From: Chrysomallon squamiferum
Lineage: Eukaryota > Animalia > Mollusca
Assembly (NCBI GenBank): GCA_012295275.1
Contig: CM022665.1
Coordinates: 13,826,001-13,890,000, forward strand
Reading direction: 5' to 3'
Length of the DNA stretch: 64,000 nucleotides
Shown here: in pieces, positions 53,384 to 64,000 of the stretch
Position numbering within the stretch: position 1 is the first letter of the stretch
Layout: each line of letters begins with the position of its first letter
Notes under the pieces: generated by a model
What the model was told of the DNA's origin: nothing
Databases searched by the model: none
Seen by the model: the letters and a program-made list of their open reading frames with translations, nothing else
Program-made: the position numbers and the translations under genes

Positions 53384-53446
53384 GTGTTCGCAACTATGTT
53401 ATTTTAGAGATAAAAACTGACCTGTTACACAGCTTGCAGCACTCAT
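44590..53446 (-). CDS. Divergent TRP-family (TRPV/TRPA-like) ankyrin-repeat cation channel, whole gene; complement(join(53422..53446,51426..51535,51060..51200,50303..50547,50009..50087,48841..49014,48656..48729,48301..48483,47813..47986,47544..47699,47052..47138,46513..46696,45125..45324,44590..44740)), 1983 nt / 660 aa
   Basis: Ankyrin repeats (GANPSVSDHDWWTPLHHAV; DKNKKMPYHLAI), pre-S1 HDVVRLLIRKKWKQF, six hydrophobic segments including YWRDQFNWIDL, S6 LLNILIAQLSDTYQNV, TRP-helix-like ELNRAWII, and a C-terminal coiled-coil-like tail. All 13 introns are GT-AG with consistent phases. Confidence 0.9.
45125..45324 (-). CDS. TRP-like channel exon 13
   Basis: TTCTTGAAG| NYRITNYVEMED...HQEYDLVRI |GTAATT. 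Confidence 0.82.
46513..46696 (-). CDS. TRP-like channel exon 12 (S6 and TRP-like helix)
   Basis: ILSCILMVVFLFTCCVILLNILIAQLSDTYQNVQRDAQRGLELNRAWIISRVE...GK; TTTCAG acceptor, GTCAGT donor. Confidence 0.93.
47052..47138 (-). CDS. TRP-like channel exon 11 (pore helix/loop)
   Basis: TTACAG| NFWNILFTGVRSLIEAQPVVEYTGESGY |GTAAGA. Confidence 0.88.
47544..47699 (-). CDS. TRP-like channel exon 10 (S4-S5 linker, S5)
   Basis: QTGAYAQILWRILEHDFIQFTILFAVILLTFTGSFVLALRG...; TTTCAG acceptor, GTGACC donor. Confidence 0.9.
47813..47986 (-). CDS. TRP-like channel exon 9 (S3-S4)
   Basis: TTTCAAG| HRLDYWRDQFNWIDL...WSIRIFKYAAVF |GTAATA. Confidence 0.9.
48301..48483 (-). CDS. TRP-like channel exon 8 (S1-S2)
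   Basis: INTFLFCLTMLTMTYSVIVA...IWTYLVVSTTFIIELNQFR; TTCAG acceptor, GTAAGT donor. Confidence 0.9.
48656..48729 (-). CDS. TRP-like channel exon 7 (pre-S1 helix)
   Basis: TTTCAG| AIVYHDVVRLLIRKKWKQFARLKF |GTGAGT. Confidence 0.9.
48841..49014 (-). CDS. TRP-like channel exon 6
   Basis: TTTCAG| KTALALLDCMIDPIG...SCLHLISRGGYL |GTAGGT. Confidence 0.87.
49120..49885 (-). repeat. Dispersed ~700-bp duplicated segment, copy B (TRP gene intron 5), inverted relative to copy A
   Basis: Shares the unique sequence of copy A; the conceptual translations 10626..10826(-) and 49106..49444(+) match over 65 residues apart from one R/L change. Confidence 0.95.
50009..50087 (-). CDS. TRP-like channel exon 5
   Basis: TTTCAG| VRELHLADHDKTAECSFHSLLERNMI |GTAAGT; phase 2 to 0. 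Confidence 0.82.
50303..50547 (-). CDS. TRP-like channel exon 4 (ankyrin repeats)
   Basis: VQLFVNNLILRGANPSVSDHDWWTPLHHAV...IAAMLLKFMPNL; CAG acceptor, GTAAGT donor. Confidence 0.92.
51060..51200 (-). CDS. TRP-like channel exon 3
   Basis: TCTAG| MAIKSQTHF...EVSSELK |GTAATT; 141 nt, phase 0-0. Confidence 0.8.
51426..51535 (-). CDS. TRP-like channel exon 2
   Basis: TTTTCAG| acceptor; SNKLADKCLEMTDFSLSTSMHDILGAEVNEDVFLKE; |GTAAGT donor. An alternative ATG lies at 51503. Confidence 0.75.
53422..53446 (-). CDS. TRP-like channel exon 1 (putative start, MSAASCVT)
   Basis: ATG...ACAG|GTCAGT donor; phase 1 matches the next exon. Short, so less certain. Confidence 0.55.
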
Positions 53447-53836
53447 ATTAACTTCCCGCTCGTCAGATGACAGATCACGCAGCCGAGTTCACCGTTTCCT
53501 GTTTTCTCTGTAACTGAAGTAAACGCCCTTTTCCCTCCTATTTTAATCTGGTAGTTCAGTGTGCAGAATTGTCAGCACATGTACAAATCATTTCAGTATT
53601 TATTTTATGTTGGACTGTATTATTAGTTTATTCATTATAAGAAAGGTATAGAGATTTATATATCATGCGATCTCCTTCCCAGCGTCATGCAAATAACTCA
53701 AGGCGTAAACCTGAGACGTTATTGATGATGTCGATGAGTCGTTATTTTAAGACGGATGTGTGTGTATGTGTGTTTAATTTTTCTATTTCCAATCTTGGTA
53801 TAAGTTAATATAGGAAGAAATAGAGGAATACATAAT

Positions 53837-53839
<3 letters not shown>

Positions 53840-53916
<77 letters not shown>
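53840..53916. repeat. (CT)n microsatellite
   Basis: Directly visible; one of many (GA/CT)n, (GT)n, (TA)n and (TTA)n tracts in the window. Confidence 0.9.
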
Positions 53917-53920
<4 letters not shown>

Positions 53921-56235
53921 ATGTACATTTATAATTATCTGATTTGGATATGCTTGTACGGTTTCATATTGGAAAAAAAAAATTTTGTATGTTGATTGCT
54001 ATTTATATTTAACATACATAAACTCACTAGGACAATATCTGCTAATTACTAATAATTAAAAATAATCTCAGAACTATTTTAATTAGCTAGATAATTAGCA
54101 AATATTAAAAAAATTCTTATATGCAGTCCAGTCACTCTATATTTAACTTTTAATTATTAAGAAATACATTCAACGGATTCAACCCAGAATTAACGAATGA
54201 ACTTTTTTTTTTTTTTTTTTTTTTTCTTATTTTCTGAAATCCTGGTTTTGCAGGAATTATCATATGTATATTCTGTTTATATTACTTATTAATGCCAGTT
54301 CTGAATTCATTAAAAAGAAGAGAAAAATTATTCTTCGTAGCATGAAATAATGTCGTCATACTATAGATTATTATAGATGTAATGCATGCATAAAACATCC
54401 AAAGAAAGGCAGGTACGCATGTATACACTCGACAAATACTTAAAGCAAAGCACCCAGATCATTCATTAACTTCCGTGTACATAATTCTGATTAACAACAA
54501 TTATGACGTACTTCTATATGGCGAAAACAGACGAAGATTTGCGTCCATTGAAGTCGTAAAATATTTTCAAATATTTAGAAACGTTAATAAGTAGAATTAC
54601 TAAACATACTAAAATTAAAATTTATAATACTTCATTTAATGCAATTAATTTATTTTAATATGATGTATTAGCAACATATAGGTATTTTACGATTTCTCGT
54701 AAAGTGGTTTTTGTATACTAACGCGATCGTGGCAAAATTCGATTTGCAAAAACTAAGCACATTTGTGTTTACTGATGATGCCAAGTGGCTTTTGATTGTG
54801 AATTAGGGGTATGCAATGAATGAGAAGAATATTAATAACAACAAAAGCATAGCAGGCGTGAAACAATAATTAATCAATACCGAAAGGTTACGAAAAAGGA
54901 ATCAGAATCGTGATTAGGGCTGTCTATCGCTGGTAAGGATGTCTTTCATTTCTCTTTTTTTTTTTTTTTTTTTTCTTTCGACTGCTTTAGTGACGTGTTC
55001 AGTTAATTTTACAATCGTAAATAAATAATGTAATGTGTATCTGTCCTATTAATTTATGTATCATACCACTAAAACAGATATATTTTTAAAGCACGAAGTG
55101 TTTACAAAAGGACGAGTTTATAAAAAATGTAGATTGAAATTTAAATCATATACATTGTATGATTGTTTCATCATTGCGACATAACCAGACGATCTATTAG
55201 TTTCACGTTTTACATGTCAAAACTGTTAAAAATGTATATCAACTTTTAGTATCTTGAGAGATGTGAAAAAGAGACAGAAACAAAGAGGCTTTTATTGTGT
55301 TAATATTACACACTCCTTCTCTCAGAGTCTCAGTAAATTATTTCCAAATCAGCTGCTGTATTACGATTGGTGAACTACAAACCATTCCTCAATAACTATA
55401 AAGAAGAGCAAATTTACTGAGTTCTATCCAGATTAATATAAAATATAAAACTGTGATTAAATGTCATTAAACAAATAGTTATCCAAATTAATAATTTCAC
55501 TAAATAAATTAGTAACAATATGTTAAAATAACCCTTGAAGACAATGTTTTGTGAGAGCATGTGCAGGAGATAATTTGTTCACATTAAAACATAATTGATA
55601 CATACAGACACATACTTACATTTCTGCCAAATCAGTTTGAATTATATACTGCACAATGTGGTCTTGTTCACTGTAGCACTAGAATTAATGAAAACCAGGA
55701 TATAACATAAATTTTGTCATGTTGATGTTAGTTATTAATGCCCAATTTATTAATTCAATATTATTTATCAAATTTTAAAGTCTGTAATATAAATGCCAAT
55801 CATGTATTGTGCAAGCCATACTTTGAAATAACAATTATTTATACTTGGATTGCTTGTAACTGAAATTCTGTTGTTGGTTACAAAACATAATATTACACAC
55901 TTATTTTTTTGTTCTTTAATATTATTATTCTGTTGTGAAAAACATATTTACAATTTTTTAAAAAGAATAATACTAAATGTGACCTATATATACACACTGA
56001 ATATTATTTTTAGTACAAAAATATAAAGTTGTGCATAATAAATGATTTGTATTTTTATGATATGGAATACATCAACATTTAGTGGCAGTATATTGCATAT
56101 ATATATAAAATGTTTTCTTTAATTTATTATTATTTTTTTTGCTATTTTTTAGTTTTATTTCATTCAGCATAGCAATATTTAAAAAAAAAAAAAATATTTT
56201 TTGGGGAAAGCATTGCAATGATTCAAAAAATGTAT

Positions 56236-56263
<28 letters not shown>

Positions 56264-56266
<3 letters not shown>

Positions 56267-57029
56267 TGGTACCTCAAGTTATGAGTGCTCCAACTTATGA
56301 GTTTTCCGAGTTAAGAGCAGCAGCCCAGTTGATTTTTTGCTTTGTGTTGCAAGCCAAAATCCAAGTTACGAGCGAGCTTCAGATATGCTGCCGCAACGAA
56401 CAACACTACACCCACATCTTACTCATTTGCTTCACTTGGTTACCTCGCTGTGGAAGCATCTCTGTTGTGTTGTGCTCGCATTTTGTGCAGTATATTGCAA
56501 AATTTCAATGGATCCTAAGAAAGTCAGTGCAAAGGACAGTGCTGAGACGAAGAAGCAGATGATGTCCATTGAATTAATGCATAAAATCATAGAAAAACAT
56601 GAGTGAGCTGTGTGTGTAGTCAACTTGGCTAGACAGAGCGTAGTATTGTTACAATATCTACCATACTGAAGCAGAAGGAGTCCATAAAGGCTATAACTCC
56701 AGCCAAATGCTTTAAAATAATTTCTAAGCTGTGGACCTCAGTCCATGAAACGATGGAGAAACCCTAACCCTGTACACTTTACAAAAACAATTTATTTCTT
56801 TACATCTTTTTTGTTTTTATACAATATTTGTCATTAATACATACATTTTTCTTATTTAAAAACAGGTTACAAAAAAACTGGCATGGCTTTTGGGGGGGGG
56901 ATGGAACGGATTAATGGTATTTCAATTAATTTCATTTGGGAAAATAGTTTTTTGATATATAAGCAAATTTGAGGTACGAGCTCAATCACATAACACATTA
57001 AACTCTTAAGTCAAGTCAAGGTACCACTG
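56264..57029 (+). mobile_element. Internally deleted Tigger/pogo-type (Tc1/mariner superfamily) DNA transposon
   Basis: TIRs CAGTGGTACCT...AGGTACCACTG inside (TA)n tracts (immediate TA TSDs are imperfect). Decayed CENP-B-like HTH N-terminus MDPKKVSAKDSAETKKQMMSIELMHKIIEKHE* (56508-56606) and TISTILKQKESIKAITPAK...METMEK-like segment (56651-56761). Confidence 0.85.
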
Positions 57030-57342
57030 TTTATATATATATATATATACTTAATTTACTTTTTTAATTATTTTTTTAAATTGCAGGCCTGAACTTTATC
57101 AGCAGTGTAGCTGGAAATCACCCTTATTGTCATATATCAGAAACAGTAATTTGAACACATTTTTTGTCACCAGTCATAATACCTAAAAACAAAAAACAAA
57201 AATATTGAATTTTAGAAATCATTTATGTATTGATTTAATATAATGTAAACTTTATACATGTTGATATAAACACAATGTTAATGTTAATATTCTTATTTTT
57301 AATATTTAAACAATTTTTACATTTGTTTTGAATTTTTCAGTA

Positions 57343-57464
57343 ATGCCCTTTGATAGACGGGCTTTTCTTCATCTCGGCTTGTTGATGCTGGCTGTTCCTG
57401 CTCAGTATCTTGTGTCAAAGTTCCTTGCAACTTCAGAAGCACACAGAAGTGAAAGCCTTAAAGG
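57343..57464 (+). CDS. YccV-like protein coding exon 1
   Basis: TTTTCAG|TA ATG; MPFDRRAFLHLGLLMLAVPAQYLVSKF...; GG|GTAAAT donor. Confidence 0.8.
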
Positions 57465-60309
57465 GTAAATATTCTTCTTTATGAGTTACGTTATTGTAAA
57501 AAAATACACAACATGAATAAGGAAGTGATACAAATATTGTTATTTAATAACTTGGAAATACCACTAGTGCAATTTCAATAGTTTTGGACGTATCCAGGAA
57601 GTTATTATTACTGGCAGGAATGTGTTTGATGACATTTGAGAATAGTACCAGTATTTACTACGAAACTGGTCCAGATTTAGTTCATTCTGAGAAAAGTAAT
57701 TAAAAAAACCCGTCATTTTCCATAGGAAGATACCAATAGGTCATGTTTATTTCAGCAAGTTTGATAGTTGAATCCTTGTGATGGTTATGGCAGTCTGTCT
57801 GTAAAAATGTTAAAACTGCCATAATCTATATTACTATATTAACTGTGTTTTGTATTGAACAGAATAGGTCAGTATTAACCACTTTGCTGACCAGTGTTAT
57901 ATAGTGACAAACTGATGATAGTATGGTTTCAATAGGACATAATTTTTTTATTATAGAAGAAAAAAAACCACTGGTCAAGTCAACACATCAAAACCACCCG
58001 CCCTTGGTCCACTCAGCAGATGCATGAAGGCTGATGTTTTCTCTTTTATTGTGTGTTATATGCCTTTCTAAAATCATGTTTGGTGTGTGTGCATGAGAGA
58101 AAAAGGGAAATAAACAACACATTAATATTTTATGCATTCAAAAACAAAAATAAATTGAAACAAAATTGGCAGATCGATTCCAATTTTTTTTTTTTTTTTC
58201 ATTCAGATTACTGAGTGGTGCTGTTGGTTTCAAAAATAAATATTTATCATGGAGATCCTGGCACAAGTGGTGTTTGGAACTGTTCAGCAAATTTCAGTCC
58301 AATCGGCCCAATTTTGGGGGTCAAGATGATCCTAATGGGGAATCCCCTGCAGTTGAAGTCTTTCAGTATAAAGATCCAAAAGGATATTTCGCACGTAAGA
58401 CAAAATCTTTATAATATTACTGTGTGTATTTAGTTCTTAAGACTTTTTTTCATTTCAGATAATTTGAATGATTTTCATTCCACTGGAATTTTATTTTAGT
58501 CCAGAATTAACTTTTTATTTTTAAATATATTATCTTATTTTTCATAACCCACCAAATTTCACCATATTGATAGATGTTAAAAGTAAAAATAAAAAACCTA
58601 CAGTTTTGTAATAAACAATGTTTTTTATTTTAAATTTTGATATAGAAAAGCTTAATTTCATAATAAAACAATAATATTAATAATAATAATAATAATGAAA
58701 TAAAAATGACATTAAACTTACTAAAATAATGTTTTATTGTTGCTCTTTGTTAGAATCTCTTGATCCACGCAGTCCTAGACCTTCCAGTGTGAAGTTTCGA
58801 ATAGGGCAGGTTATACGACACAAAATCTGGGGATACAGAGGTGTGATTATTGGCTGGGATACCACATGCAGAGTAAGTTGTGTTCTACAAATCCTAACCA
58901 ATCAATATCCAGATTCATAGATGTCAAGTGGTTTTTTTCAGTATTTTATTCCAGTAAATAATTTTATTTGTAGTTGGGATACGTAGATATCTTCCCTTAA
59001 ACAATATCCTGTTTTTAATACTTTTATGAGAAAGAAATTGTATGATTTATAGTAAACAGAATATTAATCATCTCCAGGTAAACCTCACATTGTGACCAGC
59101 TTTCATATTTTTGTAATAATTTAATGTTTTATTGTTTGTTTGGTTTTTTTTGGGTTTTTTTTATCATTATTTATTTACTTTACATATGAGGCTCCTTCAA
59201 ACTGGATCAAACAAAACCATCCAAGAGGCAAAGAAGTAAGTCTTTCTGTTTTAAATATGTGACATATGCTAGCTTTTAACTTAATGTACTCTTTTCTGTT
59301 CATTAAGATTATCTGAGAGATAAAATAATAATGAATAAATTAGAACAGATTATTAAATAAGTAAATTGTGTGGAATGAAATATAAATTCAGGAATTATTA
59401 TATAGATAATTTAAAAAAAAAAAATTAATTATTTTATTAAGTTTTGATTAAATACAGTTGGAACTATTTGTGGAATATATGTGGTTGGTTTATGCATTTT
59501 TATCATACAGCTGCTGATAACTGATTGAAATATTGTTTTCAGTCATGGAGAAATCAGCCAAACTATTCAATCCTTGTTGACAACCGTGACAGACAAGTAC
59601 CACAGATAACATACATACCACAGGACAACATAGACATTATGGTAAACATGCAGGTAAACAAACACCTACACACCTTTTAGATGTTTTTATTAAATTACTT
59701 TTAAAACAACTGTTAAATGTAAAAACAAATTTTAAGTGTACCTTTGGTGGTGTTAAATAACATTAGTATGGCTTCCAAGTAATTACACAATTATTTTATT
59801 TATTTGTTCTGGCATTTCTTTGCTGACTTTGGTATGATACTTCTAAGTAACATTTTTTATTCTGATTCTAGTTCATTTATTGATATATGTTAGAAAATCG
59901 GTGATAGGCTACAGTAACTATCTTTTTTCTTCTATTTCTTCTCAATTACTAGCATTTTTCTGTCTAAATGAATATCATATCATAATACTTTATTAATTGA
60001 TACAACAAAATGTATTAATTAAGTGTAATGTAAGTATGGATTTGTTAATTTCTAAGTGTTTTACACAATTATTTTATTTTCTGAGTGAAACATTTTAAAA
60101 TATTAAAGTTCATTGGATGCACACAAATACAATATAAACTCCACCTTGTTTTTGGAAAAATGAAACAGCTTTAGAAAACATGTAACAAGAATTTTATGTT
60201 ATTTTGTTTTCAGATTATACATCCCTCTTTAGAAGATTATTTTGAATCATTTGACGGAGCCCAGTATATAGCTCGTCCATTCTTAAAAGCTATATACCCA
60301 CATGACTAA
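57343..60309 (+). CDS. YccV/HspQ-like (hemimethylated-DNA-binding-like) domain protein with N-terminal hydrophobic segment; join(57343..57464,58207..58394,58754..58872,59191..59235,59543..59653,60214..60309), 681 nt / 226 aa
   Basis: VKFRIGQVIRHKIWGYRGVIIGWD...QPNYSILVD...TYIPQDNI...HPSLEDYFESFDGAQY...YPHD* matches the YccV-like domain as found at the C-terminus of FBXO21. Exon phases are consistent (2,1,0,0,0). Confidence 0.88.
58207..58394 (+). CDS. YccV-like protein coding exon 2
   Basis: TTCAG| LLSGAVGF...YKDPKGYFA C|GTAAGA. Confidence 0.83.
58754..58872 (+). CDS. YccV-like protein coding exon 3
   Basis: TTAG| SLDPRSPRPSSVKFRIGQVIRHKIWGYRGVIIGWDTTCR |GTAAGT. Confidence 0.92.
59191..59235 (+). 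CDS. YccV-like protein coding exon 4 (45 nt, GAG acceptor)
   Basis: APSNWIKQNHPRGKE |GTAAGT; fills the expected AP..W segment of the domain. Confidence 0.72.
59543..59653 (+). CDS. YccV-like protein coding exon 5
   Basis: TTTCAG| SWRNQPNYSILVDNRDRQVPQITYIPQDNIDIMVNMQ |GTAAAC. Confidence 0.9.
60214..60309 (+). CDS. YccV-like protein terminal exon 6
   Basis: TTTCAG| IIHPSLEDYFESFDGAQYIARPFLKAIYPHD*. Confidence 0.9.
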   Translation: MIHPSLEDYFESFDGAQYIARPFLKAIYPHD

Positions 60310-62784
60310 TTAAAAACAACTCCAAGAGTTGACATATTTCTTTTTATGACCTGAATCTAAATAATAACAACTATTTCTCTCTGAATGGTTTTTTGGAGGG
60401 TAGTTGTATATGGGATTAAATGTCAACAACTTTCAGTTTGAGGTAAAAGTTTTGATTGTTGTCTGATTATGTCATTGTTCTAATTAAAACCCAAAATGTG
60501 GGGTTTTTATAAATATGATTATTCAGGTTGTTGTTACATTTATGTGGATTGGTATTCTTAATTTAAAATAAATGTTATTGATAAATATTTTTAATGTGCT
60601 GTATTGTATATTAATGCATAATATTTAAATTTTCATTGTATGTTGAACTGTAATAAAATAAAATAATAAATTGTTGCTGTTATTTACATTGTTTACTGTT
60701 GTTATAATGCCAAAAAGAGAAACAGACAGACAGACACAAACACACACACTGGAGTATCATTAAAAATCTGAATTCATCACTAATATTGTGCTGTTTGAAA
60801 TATATTGCATTATAGTACAAGAGAACAAAAATGTAATCAGGATCAGTAAACAAAACGATAATTATGAACACGATCACACATTTTAACATGTTCATGAAGC
60901 GGTTTAAATTGTGCCAAGTTTTAACTTATAATTTCCTTTTGTGAACAGTTTTAAAATGAAAGAAGCCAAATATATTTTTTTAAATATCCCCAAAAAACCA
61001 AAAACAAACCCAAACCTGCTCAGATTAACACTGTTAAGTGGCTGAAAAATTTAAAATATTATTTTGGTAACACAAATAAATGACCTAAATTATGCTTCCT
61101 TAAAACTTTGTGTATTACTACTATAAAAATAATGTGTGTTAAATTTTGCTACTGCAAAACCTGAGAACAGCCTTATTGATAAGAAAATCCTGAACTAAAA
61201 AAGTATCCATGAAGAGGTTGCCTATATTTGCCATTATAGAGTATGGTTTTTATCATGATGAATTGGAAGAATTATTACTGATATCCAGTTTTAAATACAG
61301 TGTGAAATAAATATATTTATATAGCAATGCACATTTAATTTCTTTTATTTCTGTTTAACAGGACCTTGAATTTTAAAAGTACATAAATTATAATTTACTG
61401 TTATTAATTTGTTCTTACTGAACATTTTGTTTATGCAGAATTTCAGCAGGACCCACATGAGGCAACATTGTACATTTTTTAATATATTTTATTCTTATTG
61501 GCTGTGATTGGGTACAAAATTATAATGCCTACCTGCCTGTAGTGTTCTGAGTTTTTACATTTACAGACAACACTTCAGTAAAATATGCTGAAGCACTGGC
61601 AGATTTGTGATTCAAATATAACTTAGCATGCAGACTGATTTGTTGATGCAGAGTAAGTGTGCATCAGCCATCAGACACCATTCGTTGATTCATTTCCTGA
61701 TAAATATGGTAGAGAGTAACATTGTGAATTATATTCTATATGTTGGTAGGAAATGACAACTGGTATGTATAATATGTACCATCTGATTTAAAAAAAATAA
61801 TAATAAAAATAAAACAATAATAACAAAACAAAATTAATGACCGTTCGTATATATGTAAATATACATACATATATCTCGTTTTACCGGTCGACACATTCCA
61901 AATAAATCATCATCAGCCGATCTTGTCAACGATTACCCAGTTTACGTAAATCATCAGGTAAACCAAGTTTCATTTTGCATCATATTCAATAAACAAAAAT
62001 TATATTTTTCTACAAAGTTATTTTCTAAGGAAATCAGCTTGGCATGGCAATTTCGAAAATTCTTTTAAGCTGGTACTTTGCAGAAAGTACCAGTTTTTAC
62101 AATTTGCAGACAAATACCAGTTCGTTCAATGTGTGACGACAGAAGGCGCTAACCCGTTTTGCCATACTAATGGGCTGTTCGAGAACTATTATGTAATCCA
62201 AATAATGTATTAATATTTCTAATAGCTTTATTATTTTGAAACATTGAAACCCACGCCAAAAATTGTATGTTCTTAAGTAACTGTATAAATAAAAATACCG
62301 CATATCTTTATAAAGAAGTATCGCCACTCACTCTCCCCTTTTCTCGTATTTTATACGGCAAAATAACAGGCGACTCTCCGATATCAAAACAAACATCTAT
62401 CATGTAATTCTTTGAGAGAAGATGAATGTAAAGAATACTTAAGATCTCCTTAAATTCGTTCGTTAATACCAGTTTATAGAACAATTAAACCAAAGGGATT
62501 ATTATTATTATTATTCTCTAAGACAACTAAGCAAGCATTTGGGTAGTTCGGGGTCAGTACTGATACTTGGTGCGCGTGGTAATTCATAATCTTAGTAAAC
62601 TTGGTTTGACTATATATTAATATTACTATCCATGCACATCAAACCTAAATCAATTAAGAATCCCTAATAAATCCTTGCACGTTGAAATAACTTATTGGTT
62701 GTATTTACAAAAGTAAAGAAAATCAATTACTTGGTAGTGAGAATATGCTATAACGAATTTTAAGACGCAAAAATAATTTATGTA

Positions 62785-63510
62785 CAGTATTCCCTCGCTA
62801 TTCGCGGGGGTTACGTTCTTTACCCCCCCCCCCGCGAATAGCGAAAAACCGCGAATATTGGATGCAGTTTTAAAACGTCTATTATGAGATTATATACGGT
62901 ACTAAATGCTTCCCAAACACTTTCTAAAGACACTCTTACTCATTAATACAGTAATAATGTAGTAATATTGCATGCAGTTATGTATTTCACTAATGTAGTA
63001 ATGATAATGTAAACACATTTTAATTTTGTACTGAAACAATATTTTAATCAGAAAGAAACGTTAGTACAGGAGGACAGTAACACCGCAAAGCACAGTAACC
63101 CATACAGTATTACTGTACCGTAAAGTAATTTTCTATGCGTACAACATATGTATTAGAATTGCCAGAAAGTGGAACAAATTTAAAGGCAAACAGACAGATA
63201 AATACAGTACGCACAGTTCAGGTAATAATAATACAATTCAGTAATAATATGCAATTAAAAACATTATTAATACACGGTCACAAAAAATATGCACTGTACA
63301 TACAGTGTATGCATTTATAAAAAAATACGTACTGTATTGAATAATAATTGAAAAAAATTGATATTGTTTGTGCGGTTTACCGAGCATTTGTTTTTATGAT
63401 GTTATGACGCTCGCCTGGTATACCAGCATACGATGCGATAGGGTTAAGAGCCTAACCCGCGAATATGCGGGGCCGCGAATGGGGAACCGCGAACAGGTGA
63501 GGGTATACTG
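62785..63510. mobile_element. Tigger/MER2-like MITE
   Basis: TA|CAGTATTCCCTCGCTATTCGCGG...CCGCGAACAGGTGAGGGTATACTG|TA: imperfect TIRs, TA TSD, multiple subterminal CCGCGAAT motifs, no transposase ORF. Confidence 0.85.
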
Positions 63511-64000
63511 TATAACTATTTCTTTAATGAGTAAACCTTGTTAAATCATATGACTTCGCTTGCATATGCTTATTACATTCCATATACCATGGCAATCGCA
63601 GAAAAAGAAAGAAAGAAAAAATCATCTCAATAGGGAATTATGAGAAAAACTATGTTTTAAATGAAGTAGACGAGGTGTTTGTTCACGTTCGTTGCAGTTA
63701 CATCAAATGCCTTTTTTAAAAAGTATAAATAATAATTATTTCGTTATAACTTCTCTTACGATAACCTTCTTATGAATAGGTTCATTTGTCCTTTGATATT
63801 AAATTTTGTTTCCACTTGTGAAGGACCACAAACTAAACTGGTAATCCTGTTTAATAAGTTTTCTCTCAAAATATAACCAATAATACTATTCAAAATAATA
63901 ATAATAATAATAATAATAATTTCTTATATTACATACATAAATACATACATGCATACGTGCGTACGTATTTACATATACACAGTTAAACATATAACCTGAA

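Noticed and set aside
56761-56771. Telomere-like ACCCTAACCCT
   Set aside because: Under two repeat units; too short to call an interstitial telomeric sequence.
61980-62455. Possible additional MITE ending in TCTCCTTAA, overlapping ORF 62097..62327
   Set aside because: No matching left terminus found and the ORF has no recognisable homology.

Overview
AT-rich, microsatellite-dense animal genomic DNA (spliceosomal introns; invertebrate, most consistent with a mollusc/lophotrochozoan, but the species cannot be determined from this window). Three intron-containing genes were reconstructed by hand with GT-AG boundaries and consistent reading-frame phases: (1) Brachyury (T-box), + strand, 7 coding exons, 4615-28693, 436 aa; (2) a divergent TRPV/TRPA-type ankyrin + 6TM cation channel, - strand, 14 coding exons, 53446-44590, 660 aa; (3) a small protein with an N-terminal hydrophobic segment and a YccV/HspQ-like domain, + strand, 6 coding exons, 57343-60309, 226 aa. 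Also present are two Tigger/pogo-type non-autonomous DNA transposons, SINE remnants, a degenerate ~73-bp minisatellite, and many CpG-rich islands around Brachyury that look like enhancers. The most unusual signal is two microsatellite-anchored local copy events: ~700 bp of Brachyury intron 1 reappears inverted in a TRP-gene intron 39 kb away, and a 58-bp unit upstream of Brachyury reappears inside a (GA)n tract in intron 1.
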